A stretch of DNA of 64,000 nucleotides, from positions 160,468 through 224,467 of the IMG/VR virus record IMGVR_UViG_3300026521_000471; one strand, written 5' to 3'. The stretch's first letter is position 1. Each line of letters starts with the position of its first letter. The notes beneath the pieces are model-generated. The model saw only the letters and a list, made by a program, of their open reading frames with translations. It had not been told where the DNA came from and did not search any database. Positions 27,750 through 37,838 of the stretch are shown here, piece by piece. The position numbers were made by a program, and so were the translations under genes.

Positions 27750-27926
27750 ATGTCTAGTAATAATAAAAATAATACAGTAAATGAAAAAGAAGTATTAAGA
27801 CAAAATATTCTAATGGATATTTATCTCTATGAAAAAGAGTTATTAGATAATAATTTAAGAAATGAAGATAAACAATACATTAAAGAAAAAATTGAAGAAG
27901 CTGAAAATCTTTTTAAAAGTATTTAA
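27750..27926 (+). CDS. small hypothetical protein (not in track)
   Basis: 58-aa ORF after TGATATAA promoter-like site. Confidence 0.4.
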   Translation: MSSNNKNNTVNEKEVLRQNILMDIYLYEKELLDNNLRNEDKQYIKEKIEEAENLFKSI

Positions 27927-28405
27927 GATACAAAATATAAAGATGTTAATTCATCAACAGCTATAATTATTGATGTATCAATTATATCTGAATCTATTTT
28001 TATTCTTATATTTAATTTAACATAATAAAGATTATTATCCCATACTGTCTCACTTTTAGAATAATCCAATTTTAATAAATTATTTTGAGAGTGAGAAAAA
28101 ATATCTAAAATATCAGTTATGAATACCTTAGTTGGATCATCAAACTCAATTCTTTCTTTTAAAAAATATATAAGTTTTTTGTCGATTAAAAAAGAAATCT
28201 TCCCACCAATTAAATTAGAAACTCTAGCATTAATTTGCTTACCATCTTTTAGAATAATTGGTGATAATCTTATCTTACTTAATTTAATATCAATATTAAC
28301 ATTTGCTAATTTCCAAGCAGACTGCCTAATAGAAAATATCATATCTCTAATTAAGTCTTTAAATACCTGTGTCTTACAAGGAGTTTGTAAATCTGCAACT
28401 TTCAT
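27923..28405 (-). CDS. hypothetical protein
   Basis: TATAAATA at 28425-28432 (-). Confidence 0.55.
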   Translation of the reverse strand: MKVADLQTPCKTQVFKDLIRDMIFSIRQSAWKLANVNIDIKLSKIRLSPIILKDGKQINARVSNLIGGKISFLIDKKLIYFLKERIEFDDPTKVFITDILDIFSHSQNNLLKLDYSKSETVWDNNLYYVKLNIRIKIDSDIIDTSIIIAVDELTSLYFVS

Positions 28406-28527
28406 ACCTAACTCATTTTATTTTTATTTATATTAAAATTATAGAGTCTTGTTATTAAATATATGAAAGCTGAGGGAGGGGGAGTACACCTTATTAATTA
28501 TTGTGCCGATAGGCACAAACGCAAGCA

Positions 28528-28685
28528 ATTTTTTAAAAAATTATAATTTTTTTAAAGTTCTTATAAATTTAAAATTATTTTATACAAATTGCCCAATTAG
28601 TTACTTACGTTTGTACTCTTTTATTTATATAATTTTTTAGACCATTTTAAAACTTTCTGATAAAAATTATAATTTTTTAAAAAAT
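28528..28685. repeat. 24-bp perfect inverted repeat in non-coding DNA
   Basis: attttttaaaaaattataattttt (28528-28551) / aaaaattataattttttaaaaaat (28662-28685). Confidence 0.7.
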
Positions 28686-28783
28686 AAAAAAGCGTAAGTA
28701 AAAAGTAGAGGATTATAAGTATTATAACTCTTTGAAACTATTACCCCACCACCTTGCATAATGCATAATAAACTACTGTAAAT

Positions 28784-29062
28784 TTAAAGGGTTTTATTAG
28801 ATTCTTGAAGTTTTAAATTTCTTTCTATTTCTAATACAGATGTATGTTCTAATAACATTTGATAAACTTTTGTATAATCTTCAAGTTCTTTTTTACTATA
28901 TAAAGTTTTAGAATTTGGAGATGTAACCAATGTTTTTAATGCTTTATAAATTTTTAAGAGAGATTCATTACTCATAACTATGTTCTCATCAAGAAGCTTT
29001 CGTACCTCTATAACTCGACCACTCAAACAATGTGAAATAAATTGTATATCATTTTTATACAT
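28784..29062 (-). CDS. hypothetical protein, late promoter
   Basis: TATAAATA 29093-29100 (-); GAGGG RBS. Confidence 0.55.
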   Translation of the reverse strand: MYKNDIQFISHCLSGRVIEVRKLLDENIVMSNESLLKIYKALKTLVTSPNSKTLYSKKELEDYTKVYQMLLEHTSVLEIERNLKLQESNKTL

Positions 29063-29464
29063 TTTAACCCTCTCTTATAATCACCATAATAATATTTATA
29101 AAGCTAAAATAATTGTTTGGTTTGTAACGTTTGAATCATCTTTTTTAAAATTGGTTGAACTAATTTAAAAACCAGTTTAATTTTTTCTTTGCATTTTTTA
29201 TATGGTTATGATTGTGTGTTCACTTTTAAATGTGCTGATGCGTTGACGGCAAAAAATTAGAAAGTATATCTTATGAATTTAGATGGATTTAAAAATATTT
29301 ATCTTTTCAAGTATGTTAGAATTATTTAGAAGAGAGTTACTGAAATATTAAATCAGTTAAAGAAATATAGGAATAGTTAAAGAAATATAGGAAGGTAGGG
29401 TTCTCCCACACTACCTTAAACTCGGCTTAACTTTTCATCCAAAAAATAGCCTTTTTCAGGGAAA

Positions 29465-29600
29465 CGGTCGGTCAAAAAACACGCTATCCGAAAAAACACA
29501 CCCCCTAAAAAAACACGCTTTGTTAAAAAACATGACTCTTTTTTTTAACGATCGGTCAAAAAACACGACCGATTTTGAGAAGGGTTATCAAAAAACACCC
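29465..29600 (+). repeat. iteron-like AAAAAACA(C/T) repeats, 17-bp phasing
   Basis: Copies at 29474, 29491, 29508, 29525, 29558, 29590; tcggtcaaaaaacacg occurs twice. Confidence 0.7.
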
Positions 29601-29609
29601 TCTCTTTTT

Positions 29610-29840
29610 TTACCAATATAACTCAGTAACTCTCTTTGCTATTTTGAATTGTTCCTCATATGGTAAGTTTGAAAACTCTGCCGCCAATTCTTCATCACCA
29701 CCGTGGATACTAACATAATCTAATGAAGCATCTGCTAACATTTCCGTTGTTAAATTCTCACCATTGATAGCTGCCACCTCTTCCATATCACATGCAATTG
29801 TTTGAATTGTATTTGATAATAAACTTTGGTACTTACTCAT
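29610..29840 (-). CDS. small acidic early protein
   Basis: Promoter cassette upstream. Confidence 0.65.
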   Translation of the reverse strand: MSKYQSLLSNTIQTIACDMEEVAAINGENLTTEMLADASLDYVSIHGGDEELAAEFSNLPYEEQFKIAKRVTELYW

Positions 29841-29886
29841 TATATCTCCCTTTGATTAATTATAGTATATTATACCATAATTTTAA

Positions 29887-30465
29887 TTAGTTGTCAAGAG
29901 TTTCTAAGTATTTAGACATCTCTTTGAATTTATCTTCATAATCCATATATGTATATTCCACGAATAAAACAATTTCGGCAAAACTATCTAAAATTTCTTG
30001 TACATCTTTCATATCGAGACCTAAAAGTGCATATGGTGAATGTTTGTGAGCGATAATGTTTCTAAGCTTGTTAAACATTTGTAATAAATGTTTATCATTA
30101 TTTGGAATATCTAAGAGATTCAATAATTGAGACATTGTTAAATCTGATCTTTTTACTATTTTGAAATCATTAGCATCACATGCATATCTCATTAGTAAAA
30201 TAGTAGTAAGTTTAGTATGAGTATTTAATACTAAATCATTAGCTATTAATATATCATAAGTTGCTTTATCAATTTTTCTAAGTATTGATTTTGGGGTATT
30301 TGGAGTTTGTGGCATCATTATATATTTAAAATTTTTTATTCCAGAACGAACACACGTACTAAAATCTCCTGTAAAAATAGCTATATCTAAAGGCATTGAT
30401 ACACTATAAGATTTTATTCTTTCAATTAGTAAAAGTTGTTCCATACTATTCAATCTTTTTAACAT
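29887..30465 (-). CDS. hypothetical protein with RNxxxH (HEPN-like) motif
   Basis: LRNIIAH matches HEPN Rx4H; nothing else recognised. Confidence 0.5.
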   Translation of the reverse strand: MLKRLNSMEQLLLIERIKSYSVSMPLDIAIFTGDFSTCVRSGIKNFKYIMMPQTPNTPKSILRKIDKATYDILIANDLVLNTHTKLTTILLMRYACDANDFKIVKRSDLTMSQLLNLLDIPNNDKHLLQMFNKLRNIIAHKHSPYALLGLDMKDVQEILDSFAEIVLFVEYTYMDYEDKFKEMSKYLETLDN

Positions 30466-30511
30466 TGTTTACCCCTTTGATTAATTATACCTATATTATA
30501 ACATATTATAG

Positions 30512-31276
30512 TTAATATGTCAATAGTTCCGGTTCTCTTTTTGCAATTTTCAATAATACTAATAGTGTATAATAACTATCATTACCCCCATTATGTAAAT
30601 GAATTGGTTTTACCCCTATAATACTCTCTACTAAAGTTTTTAAATTGTGGGTCTTATTTTCTAATAGATATAATGGTGCAAATCGTTGAGTATCCAATAC
30701 TGCTATATTATCAATATCAATATCACAACTGTATAAAAATGGTTTATCATTACCAAAAGCATGTCCTACTAAAAAGTCTGTACCTTTGAAAAGTACTCCA
30801 ACTATTACTTGTATTGCTTCTAATGGTAATATTTGAGATTCTCCATAATCGAAGTGGAATTTATTATCTGGTACAAATCGACCATTTTTAAATTGTTTAG
30901 TTTCTAATACTATAAAATGATATGCTTGGATTTTTTCATCTTCAAAAATAGTAATACCTACTTCTGTAAGTTGTCTTGTTGTTTCGTGGAATTCTAAATC
31001 CATAGAAAATAATTTTTTACCTTGGATTTTTTCATTTAATTCTGATAACACTTCTGGGGCAGAACTAACTTTTTGTTCCCATTTGAGTTGATTTTTGATT
31101 CTTCTTTTTAACCGTTTGATAGGTTTATTATATTTTGCAAATTTTCTTAGTAATAATTTATCTTCTGGAGTATAAAGAGTATAATCAATAGTATGTAAAT
31201 ATTCGATTTTATTTTGTTCTTCTGGAGTGATATTTGATTGAAGTTCTTCTTCTAAAATTGTTAATTGAGTTTTCAT
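30512..31276 (-). CDS. DEDDh 3'-5' exonuclease-like protein
   Basis: SMDLEF, LVGHAFGND, LDTQ, LHNGGNDSYYT. Confidence 0.8.
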   Translation of the reverse strand: MKTQLTILEEELQSNITPEEQNKIEYLHTIDYTLYTPEDKLLLRKFAKYNKPIKRLKRRIKNQLKWEQKVSSAPEVLSELNEKIQGKKLFSMDLEFHETTRQLTEVGITIFEDEKIQAYHFIVLETKQFKNGRFVPDNKFHFDYGESQILPLEAIQVIVGVLFKGTDFLVGHAFGNDKPFLYSCDIDIDNIAVLDTQRFAPLYLLENKTHNLKTLVESIIGVKPIHLHNGGNDSYYTLLVLLKIAKREPELLTY

Positions 31277-31335
31277 TATATCCCTTTGATTAATTATAAT
31301 ATATTATACCATAAAAAGGGAAATAATACAAGCTT

Positions 31336-31914
31336 TTATATCCTCTCACAAGGATTTTTAGCTTTTAATTTTGTTAGTTTTTTATCTACTGTTTTAATGA
31401 GTTGTCTAGGATGAATATACCCTTTTGATCTCTCTGCTATAAATGAAGCTCCTTGTAACGAGCTAAGATCTTCTTTTACTTGTTTAAATGATTTGACAGT
31501 ATCTCTTACAATAATTGCAAATTCATCGCCACCAATTCTATATACTTGGTCAATAGAGAATTTTTTTCTAAGTTGCTCTGCTACTGATATAATTAGATTA
31601 TCTCCTGCTTCCATACCTTCTATTTTATTAATATTATGAAGGTTATTAATATCAATCAATACAAATGTAAATTGAGCATCTGTAAATTCATGTTCTTCAA
31701 ATACTCTATCTAATTTATCATTGAAATCTTGTTTACCCATAAGACCTGTCATTGAATCAAATTTATATTTTTTAACTAATCTTTCTAGGTATGTAATACG
31801 CTCTAAATAAAAACCAATTGCCTCACATGATTGAGGTTGGCCACATGGTGTATCTAAAGAAACTTCTCCATCTTTTGAAGAGAAAATGATTTTGTCCTTT
31901 TTTTGAGTTTTCAT
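31336..31914 (-). CDS. GGDEF-domain diguanylate cyclase
   Basis: DSMTGL, IDINNLHNINKIEGMEAGD, YRIGGDEFAI. Confidence 0.85.
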   Translation of the reverse strand: MKTQKKDKIIFSSKDGEVSLDTPCGQPQSCEAIGFYLERITYLERLVKKYKFDSMTGLMGKQDFNDKLDRVFEEHEFTDAQFTFVLIDINNLHNINKIEGMEAGDNLIISVAEQLRKKFSIDQVYRIGGDEFAIIVRDTVKSFKQVKEDLSSLQGASFIAERSKGYIHPRQLIKTVDKKLTKLKAKNPCERI

Positions 31915-32071
31915 AAATGTCCTTTTATTTAATGTTACCTATATTATAACATATTTTGCATTAAAAGTCAAGAGTTTTGGGGTAAATTTTGCAGAAAAAA
32001 ATGAGAGGGGAAGAACCCTCTCTAATTATGGCGATGGAAGAGATAATCTCTTCACATTTATATTATACAAT

Positions 32072-32986
32072 TTATGCATTTGTTAAAATGTATTTCGCTG
32101 CATCCTTCCACATTGGATTACCACTATATGAAAATGCTACTTTGATAAGTTTTTCAAATGTTCTCATATTGAGTTCTTTTGCTTCAAATTTATGTTCATC
32201 GATAAACTCTAGCACTTCTTCTTTTAGTGATAAATCATAATCCGGCAAAATATGAGTTACAATAGCTTTCATTCTATCGATACGATCTTGGATACTCATT
32301 GTAACATCAACTGCAAGTGTTCTACCTCTTACAGCTTTATCAATTTTCGGTAAAGAGATATTTGAGATAAAAATCACTTGACCTTCAAAATCAAATGAAC
32401 TTGGTAAACCATCATCAATAAAACCTTTTGATAACCAACTAATAGTTCTCTTTGCATATGAGTCCAGAGCACCTTTTAGAATGTTAAGTGATACAGGATC
32501 TTTCAATACACTATCACAATCATCAAAGATAACCACTTTATCTTTATTTTCATAAAGAGTTGCATACAATGCTTTTGGTGTTGCATAACCTTTGATAATA
32601 ACATAATCAGCATCTTCTTCAAGATTATTTTTATCAAGGATTTCAAGAACGGTATGAGATTTCCCTAAACCACTTTGTCCGCAGATAAGTAGTGAACTTG
32701 TAATGTTTGATAATGTCATATTTACAAATTGATCAAGGAAAGCAAAACGCTCATTAATATCAAATTCTGATTGTGCTTCTGTAAGTGGTGTAAGTGGTGT
32801 TTGAGAATTTGATTGAACTGCTTTATCCAATACAGTAATTGTTCTTGTTTCGATACTAGGTTTACAAATATGTCCACCTAAACTAAATGTACCATCTGCT
32901 TTGAGTTTACGAGTATGGACTTTTGCTCCTGTGTTTATTGTAAATTGAACTTCGTTTTGTGAATGATCTACATAATTTAATACCAT
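32072..32986 (-). CDS. AAA-type ATPase
   Basis: GQSGLGKS, VIFDDCD, NILKGALD, IFISN. Confidence 0.8.
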   Translation of the reverse strand: MVLNYVDHSQNEVQFTINTGAKVHTRKLKADGTFSLGGHICKPSIETRTITVLDKAVQSNSQTPLTPLTEAQSEFDINERFAFLDQFVNMTLSNITSSLLICGQSGLGKSHTVLEILDKNNLEEDADYVIIKGYATPKALYATLYENKDKVVIFDDCDSVLKDPVSLNILKGALDSYAKRTISWLSKGFIDDGLPSSFDFEGQVIFISNISLPKIDKAVRGRTLAVDVTMSIQDRIDRMKAIVTHILPDYDLSLKEEVLEFIDEHKFEAKELNMRTFEKLIKVAFSYSGNPMWKDAAKYILTNA

Positions 32987-33049
32987 TGTTAGTATTCCTT
33001 TTCTTTAATTATGCCATATTATAACATAACTTGACTAAAAAGTCAAGTT

Positions 33050-33508
33050 TTACGCTAATTCTTCTTCAAAAAGAAGCTCATAAATCAATGCGCTAGTAAG
33101 AGATTTACCGTTTACAGTAATTCGGATATTAATGTTTTGCACATACAACATAAGTTCGTTTCGTTTCCATGCTGCAATTTCTTCCTCTGTTGGTTCGCAG
33201 TTATCAACATTTACAAATTTATTTGTCCATAAGAATTCATCATCTGCATATGTTCTCAATTCATCTTTTAATGAGTCTAAATCAAAATCTACTAACACCT
33301 CTTTTTCAAAGTACTCTTCTAGATTTACAAGCAGTTCTTCTCTTAGATTTTCTGGTTCTACATGCCATAACATTTTCTCATTAGACCAATGATTTACATG
33401 ATCTAATTCACCTTCCAAATAATCATCTTGAAATACATCTACAAATGAAGAAATCTCTACTGTAAAAGTATCACTCACTAAATTTCTAATTTTTTGAATA
33501 GTTTCCAT
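33050..33508 (-). CDS. acidic hypothetical protein
   Basis: 152-aa ORF. Confidence 0.6.
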   Translation of the reverse strand: METIQKIRNLVSDTFTVEISSFVDVFQDDYLEGELDHVNHWSNEKMLWHVEPENLREELLVNLEEYFEKEVLVDFDLDSLKDELRTYADDEFLWTNKFVNVDNCEPTEEEIAAWKRNELMLYVQNINIRITVNGKSLTSALIYELLFEEELA

Positions 33509-33713
33509 TTTTATTCCCCCACTTTATTTTTTAACTCTTTGATTTTTGGTAAAACTTCTGATATATTTTGAGCTCCAACTTCCAACATAACCTGCATAAT
33601 AATATCCGATAATTTAACAGTTGCTTCAGACCATTGATTTTCTAATTTTTTATTTGACATTGTTTACACCTTTTATTTAAATTACTATATTATACTATAT
33701 TTTTAGAAATAAA

Positions 33714-34265
33714 TCAAGCCGTTTCATACTCTTTTTGAGATAAAACCTCTTTACATTTATTACAGCGATAAGTAGCTGTGCCTCTTAGGATTTTATTATG
33801 TCTCACAGTAGATAAGTTATGAGTATCACAAGCACAATAATAAGTATGAGTGTTTTTTCTTTTTGATTCTAAAATTGTACTACCAGAAAATAGTGATGTT
33901 GAAGCTTTACCACTTATACCAAAATGTGAACAAACCGCCTTAAACTCTTTACCATGTGGCATAACTCTCTTATACCCATTTCGACCTGTTGGGTATAAGT
34001 TTCTAACAACAGCATGGGCAAATTCATGAATCACTACCGCTGTTATATAAGTATCACCAAACTCTAAAAGTAACTCTTTGTTTAATTCAATGTAATTAAT
34101 TGTTTCACCGTATGCAGACGATTGATAAAATTGACCTAATGCTCTAACACTTTTTAATGTATAAACCACATCATAATCAAATTCTACATCCCATTCTTTT
34201 TTAGCATATTTAGCCAATTCATCTAGTTTCTTATCAACTTTTGTAGAGAGAGTTTTGAAATCCAT
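33714..34265 (-). CDS. SprT-like zinc metalloprotease
   Basis: HEFAH, PHGKEFK, YYCAC, RHNKI, YRCNKC. Confidence 0.88.
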   Translation of the reverse strand: MDFKTLSTKVDKKLDELAKYAKKEWDVEFDYDVVYTLKSVRALGQFYQSSAYGETINYIELNKELLLEFGDTYITAVVIHEFAHAVVRNLYPTGRNGYKRVMPHGKEFKAVCSHFGISGKASTSLFSGSTILESKRKNTHTYYCACDTHNLSTVRHNKILRGTATYRCNKCKEVLSQKEYETA

Positions 34266-34572
34266 CTTTTACACCTTTTCTTTAATTATGCCATATTATA
34301 CCATAAAAATAAAAAAATATCAAATTAAAAACATGATTTCTTTGTCTGTTAGTGGACGTCCTAATTGCTTGATAGTTTGTTCAATTAATAACTTATGAAA
34401 TTTTTTATCGATCTCTTCTTTTGTTAATCTTTTATCTTTACAGCTTTTAGACATTTTATTACCTTTATAATTAGATTTAAAGATGAGGACTACTATCGAT
34501 AAACATAAAATCATCTATCCCCCCATGATAAACAAAGTAAGTATTTTAAATCCTCACCTTCAAATCTAATAG

Positions 34573-34830
34573 TTAAACTATTAGAAATGGTTGTGCATAA
34601 GTTCCATTAGAAATTCTTTTATAACTTAGGTCGGTTTCAAAAGCTCTAATTTCATATGTATCATCATCTGTAAGCACCAATCTTACAGATGATTCCTTAC
34701 CATAGACTTCCTCAGTTTCTGAATCAACCATACGAATTTTACTATCTATGGTTAATACTCTACCGTTAATATCTTTGATTTTTAAAGCAATCATTTTAAT
34801 TATCCTCTTGCTCTTCACCAGTTTCATCAC
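34573..34830 (-). CDS. hypothetical protein
   Basis: Real start probably near 34794. Confidence 0.5.
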   Translation of the reverse strand: MMKLVKSKRIIKMIALKIKDINGRVLTIDSKIRMVDSETEEVYGKESSVRLVLTDDDTYEIRAFETDLSYKRISNGTYAQPFLIV

Positions 34831-35317
34831 TTACAACTACCACACCTTCACCATAAGTACTTTCAACAACCATTTTAATTGGTGCCATATCAGGCATTAC
34901 AACTGGATAATCCTTTGGATAGTGTTCAAGTTTAGAGATAAGATCAGCAACTGTAATAACTGATGGGATATGTTCTTGTATAAATTCTTTTAGCTCTTCT
35001 TGAAAATCTTCAAGTACACCTACTTCTCTCAAATCTGTTTCAAGCTGAAAATCATAATCGGTATTATTGATATTAATTTCGCTCTCAAGCACAGTAACAA
35101 TCATATCTTGAATAGTACCATAGATTAGTTCTTCTTCACCAACATTAACACTATCGATAAATATTTGGAGTGAATTCATATTAATAGTAATTCCTTCATC
35201 CATTTGATACTCAACCATTGCTTCAAAAGTACAGCCAATTTTATGACCATCTATTACACCTTCGATTTTATCACCTACCATAATACCATATGTTTGATAC
35301 ATAACTTCTGCATTCAT
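34796..35317 (-). CDS. acidic hypothetical protein
   Basis: AAGG RBS. Confidence 0.6.
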   Translation of the reverse strand: MNAEVMYQTYGIMVGDKIEGVIDGHKIGCTFEAMVEYQMDEGITINMNSLQIFIDSVNVGEEELIYGTIQDMIVTVLESEININNTDYDFQLETDLREVGVLEDFQEELKEFIQEHIPSVITVADLISKLEHYPKDYPVVMPDMAPIKMVVESTYGEGVVVVSDETGEEQEDN

Positions 35318-35320
35318 TTT

Positions 35321-35524
35321 TTATACCTTTGCTGTTTCTTTTTGAGCTATCTCTTTAATAACTCTTAGATAACCATTTAGATTCAATAACATAAGCTCTT
35401 TGAGAGTGATTAGTCTCTCTCCTCTATTAAGTATAAGTTCTTCACCTTTTAGGAACTGTTGAGATGGTATTTCTACCAAATCATTAGCTTCATTTACTTT
35501 AACTAAAATATCTAAATGACTCAT
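35321..35524 (-). CDS. hypothetical protein
   Basis: AAGG RBS. Confidence 0.55.
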   Translation of the reverse strand: MSHLDILVKVNEANDLVEIPSQQFLKGEELILNRGERLITLKELMLLNLNGYLRVIKEIAQKETAKV

Positions 35525-35534
35525 TTTTTATACC

Positions 35535-35963
35535 TTATGCGTGGATGTCTAGTTGTGAAACTGTTTTGTATTCTTCACAACCGAATTTAGATTCTGCAAT
35601 TTTTCTTGCTAGTAATGAACTTGTACTAGCTTCTCTTTGGAATGCTTGTAATAAAACATCATTCTCATTTTTTAGTTCTTTAATACGCTCTTCTTGCTTT
35701 CTGATAGTTTTTAAATGTTTATCATTTGTCTGCTCATAACTAAAAAGAGCATCATCTTGTGCTTTATATTTCATAAGCTTTTTGATTTCCTCTGATTGCT
35801 TTTTAACAACACCCATTAAAAACTCTGATGACTGTTCTTTTAACTCTTTATTTTCAGCTTTTAGTACTGCTACCTCAGCTAATAAATCGTTATAATCTCT
35901 TTTGATATTTTCCCAATCAGTTTTTGCAATTTTAACATATTTTGAACTAAACATTTTATACAC
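35535..35963 (-). CDS. coiled-coil protein
   Basis: Promoter cassette upstream; start probably at MFSSKY. Confidence 0.6.
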   Translation of the reverse strand: MYKMFSSKYVKIAKTDWENIKRDYNDLLAEVAVLKAENKELKEQSSEFLMGVVKKQSEEIKKLMKYKAQDDALFSYEQTNDKHLKTIRKQEERIKELKNENDVLLQAFQREASTSSLLARKIAESKFGCEEYKTVSQLDIHA

Positions 35964-35995
35964 CTTTTCTTTAATTATGCCATATTATAACATAT

Positions 35996-36298
35996 TTACG
36001 ATCTTTTGTCAACCATTTTAGGTGTTTTACTTGACGAATTGAAAAAATTTCCTTGAGGTGTTTTTTCATAAAATTTAATATATTTGTATCCTTTGCGAGT
36101 AATACGATAAACATTATCAACTACTTCCACCAAACCTTTCTCTCTCATAGCTTGATAGGTCATACCTTTTTTCTCAACCGTTTTAACTTGTTTAGTAGTT
36201 ATCTCTTCACCGTTATTCAACTTTACTAAACTATCCCAGTAGTAAGTAGTACCACTCTTTGTAATAGGTCTTGTTAGGGAATATCGTTCTTTTCTCAT
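35996..36298 (-). CDS. basic protein, possible winged helix
   Basis: KGLVEV..YRITRKG motif. Confidence 0.55.
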   Translation of the reverse strand: MRKERYSLTRPITKSGTTYYWDSLVKLNNGEEITTKQVKTVEKKGMTYQAMREKGLVEVVDNVYRITRKGYKYIKFYEKTPQGNFFNSSSKTPKMVDKRS

Positions 36299-36352
36299 CT
36301 TGTATCCTTTTTATTTAAGTTAGATATATTATATCATAATTTAGTTTTTTTA

Positions 36353-36721
36353 TCAAGCATTTTCGAGGTTTTCTAATCGTTCTTGAAGTTTTTTAATTTC
36401 TTTTTGTAACCGTCTAGTTAGTTTTTTAGCAATTTTTTTATACTCTTTTTCCATATGATTTTGAGCTTCTTCTTTACTATAAAAATATCTATCTTTAACA
36501 GATTCATAATCTTTAATAATCTTACCTGTTTCTACATTTTCTAAGAGAACAGCTTTTGCATATCTACCATCGTAAATACCTTTAAAAATATACTCTGTAA
36601 CCTTCTTAGTTTTAGACGATTTAACAAAGTCCAATCCCGTATCATCCAACTCAAATTCTGTCGGGTAATAAATATGATCACCTTCTACTAGATTCTTCTT
36701 TAATACGATATTAGATTCCAT
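36353..36721 (-). CDS. hypothetical protein
   Basis: AGGAG RBS. Confidence 0.6.
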   Translation of the reverse strand: MESNIVLKKNLVEGDHIYYPTEFELDDTGLDFVKSSKTKKVTEYIFKGIYDGRYAKAVLLENVETGKIIKDYESVKDRYFYSKEEAQNHMEKEYKKIAKKLTRRLQKEIKKLQERLENLENA

Positions 36722-36730
36722 ATTTTTCTC

Positions 36731-37354
36731 CTAATTAAATTCTTCATATTCTAAAGTTGTTTCTTGATATGGTTCGTCCATATCAATAGTTTGATAATTA
36801 CCTTCTTCTCTAAAAATATCGGGTGAGTGTGTACTAATTACAAATTTTGTTAATGGGCTAAAATTCATTATAATTCTAGGCCATTCTCTTGCAATTGCAA
36901 TATGTAATGATGTTTCTGGTAAATCTAAAAAGTAATAATCTGGTTCTGATAGAACTACCTTATATAGCATTACAAACATTCTAGTATATCCATTACCAAC
37001 CATACGTAAAACACTTCTAAGAAGATTACTATCATTCAAAGCATCTTCAACACTACCACCAACCCAACGTTTTAAATCATCTTGGAAGTCAAGCGAAAAA
37101 TCAGATAATTGTTTACATACAATTTTCAGTTCTTGGTCTGTTGCATTTTCAATCAATTCTGGTGCTTCGTACAATGCCATAAGAGCATCATATACAACAT
37201 ATGAATAACCTTTAGATTCACACCAAGCTGCCATTTTCATTATGGTTAATGTTTTACCGGTACCATTATATCCGATCAGATATGTTAAATCTTTATTAGT
37301 CCAAAGAAGTTTAGACTTAGGTAAATGTGATGGTAAGTTGAATAACACGTTCAT
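36731..37354 (-). CDS. small ABC/AAA_21-like ATPase
   Basis: GYNGTGKT, LDLPETSLH, ISTHSP. Confidence 0.75.
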   Translation of the reverse strand: MNVLFNLPSHLPKSKLLWTNKDLTYLIGYNGTGKTLTIMKMAAWCESKGYSYVVYDALMALYEAPELIENATDQELKIVCKQLSDFSLDFQDDLKRWVGGSVEDALNDSNLLRSVLRMVGNGYTRMFVMLYKVVLSEPDYYFLDLPETSLHIAIAREWPRIIMNFSPLTKFVISTHSPDIFREEGNYQTIDMDEPYQETTLEYEEFN

Positions 37355-37370
37355 AATTTTATCCTCTCTA

Positions 37371-37838
37371 TTAAAATACGAAGAGTGTTTTTAACTCTTC
37401 AGGTAAATATGAAGTATCACTATGATACTCAGCCATAAAAATTTTAGCTTCGGGATTAACAGCTTGGTATTTAACAACCTCTTCTACTATTTCTGAATAA
37501 GGGTTATTTTTCACATAATCCAAAAAAGTATCATCATCGTATGGTCCTCTTAATCCTAATAAGACTTTAATCTTATATGATGAAAGTGTATAAGCTCTTA
37601 AAATTTCCAAGTAATCAGGAATAATTTCTCTCATAGATTTATTGGTTCTCTCTTGAAACCAAATATTGAGCTGATATAAAATATTTTGCTCATCAGTTGC
37701 AGGTGAAAGAAAAGCACTAAGCATGAATTCAGCTAATTGATCTATCTCACCATATTCAATAGTTTCTTGATTCTCTTTTAAAAATGAAAATAATTCTTCA
37801 AAAGAATCAAATATTTGAATATTATTTTTCATCTGCAT
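37371..37838 (-). CDS. hypothetical protein (C-terminal LPEELKTLFVF)
   Basis: 155-aa ORF. Confidence 0.6.
   Translation of the reverse strand: MQMKNNIQIFDSFEELFSFLKENQETIEYGEIDQLAEFMLSAFLSPATDEQNILYQLNIWFQERTNKSMREIIPDYLEILRAYTLSSYKIKVLLGLRGPYDDDTFLDYVKNNPYSEIVEEVVKYQAVNPEAKIFMAEYHSDTSYLPEELKTLFVF

Noticed and set aside
27923-28405. CheC/CheX-like chemotaxis phosphatase
   Set aside because: Only a vague size and pattern resemblance; catalytic E-x2-N motif not seen
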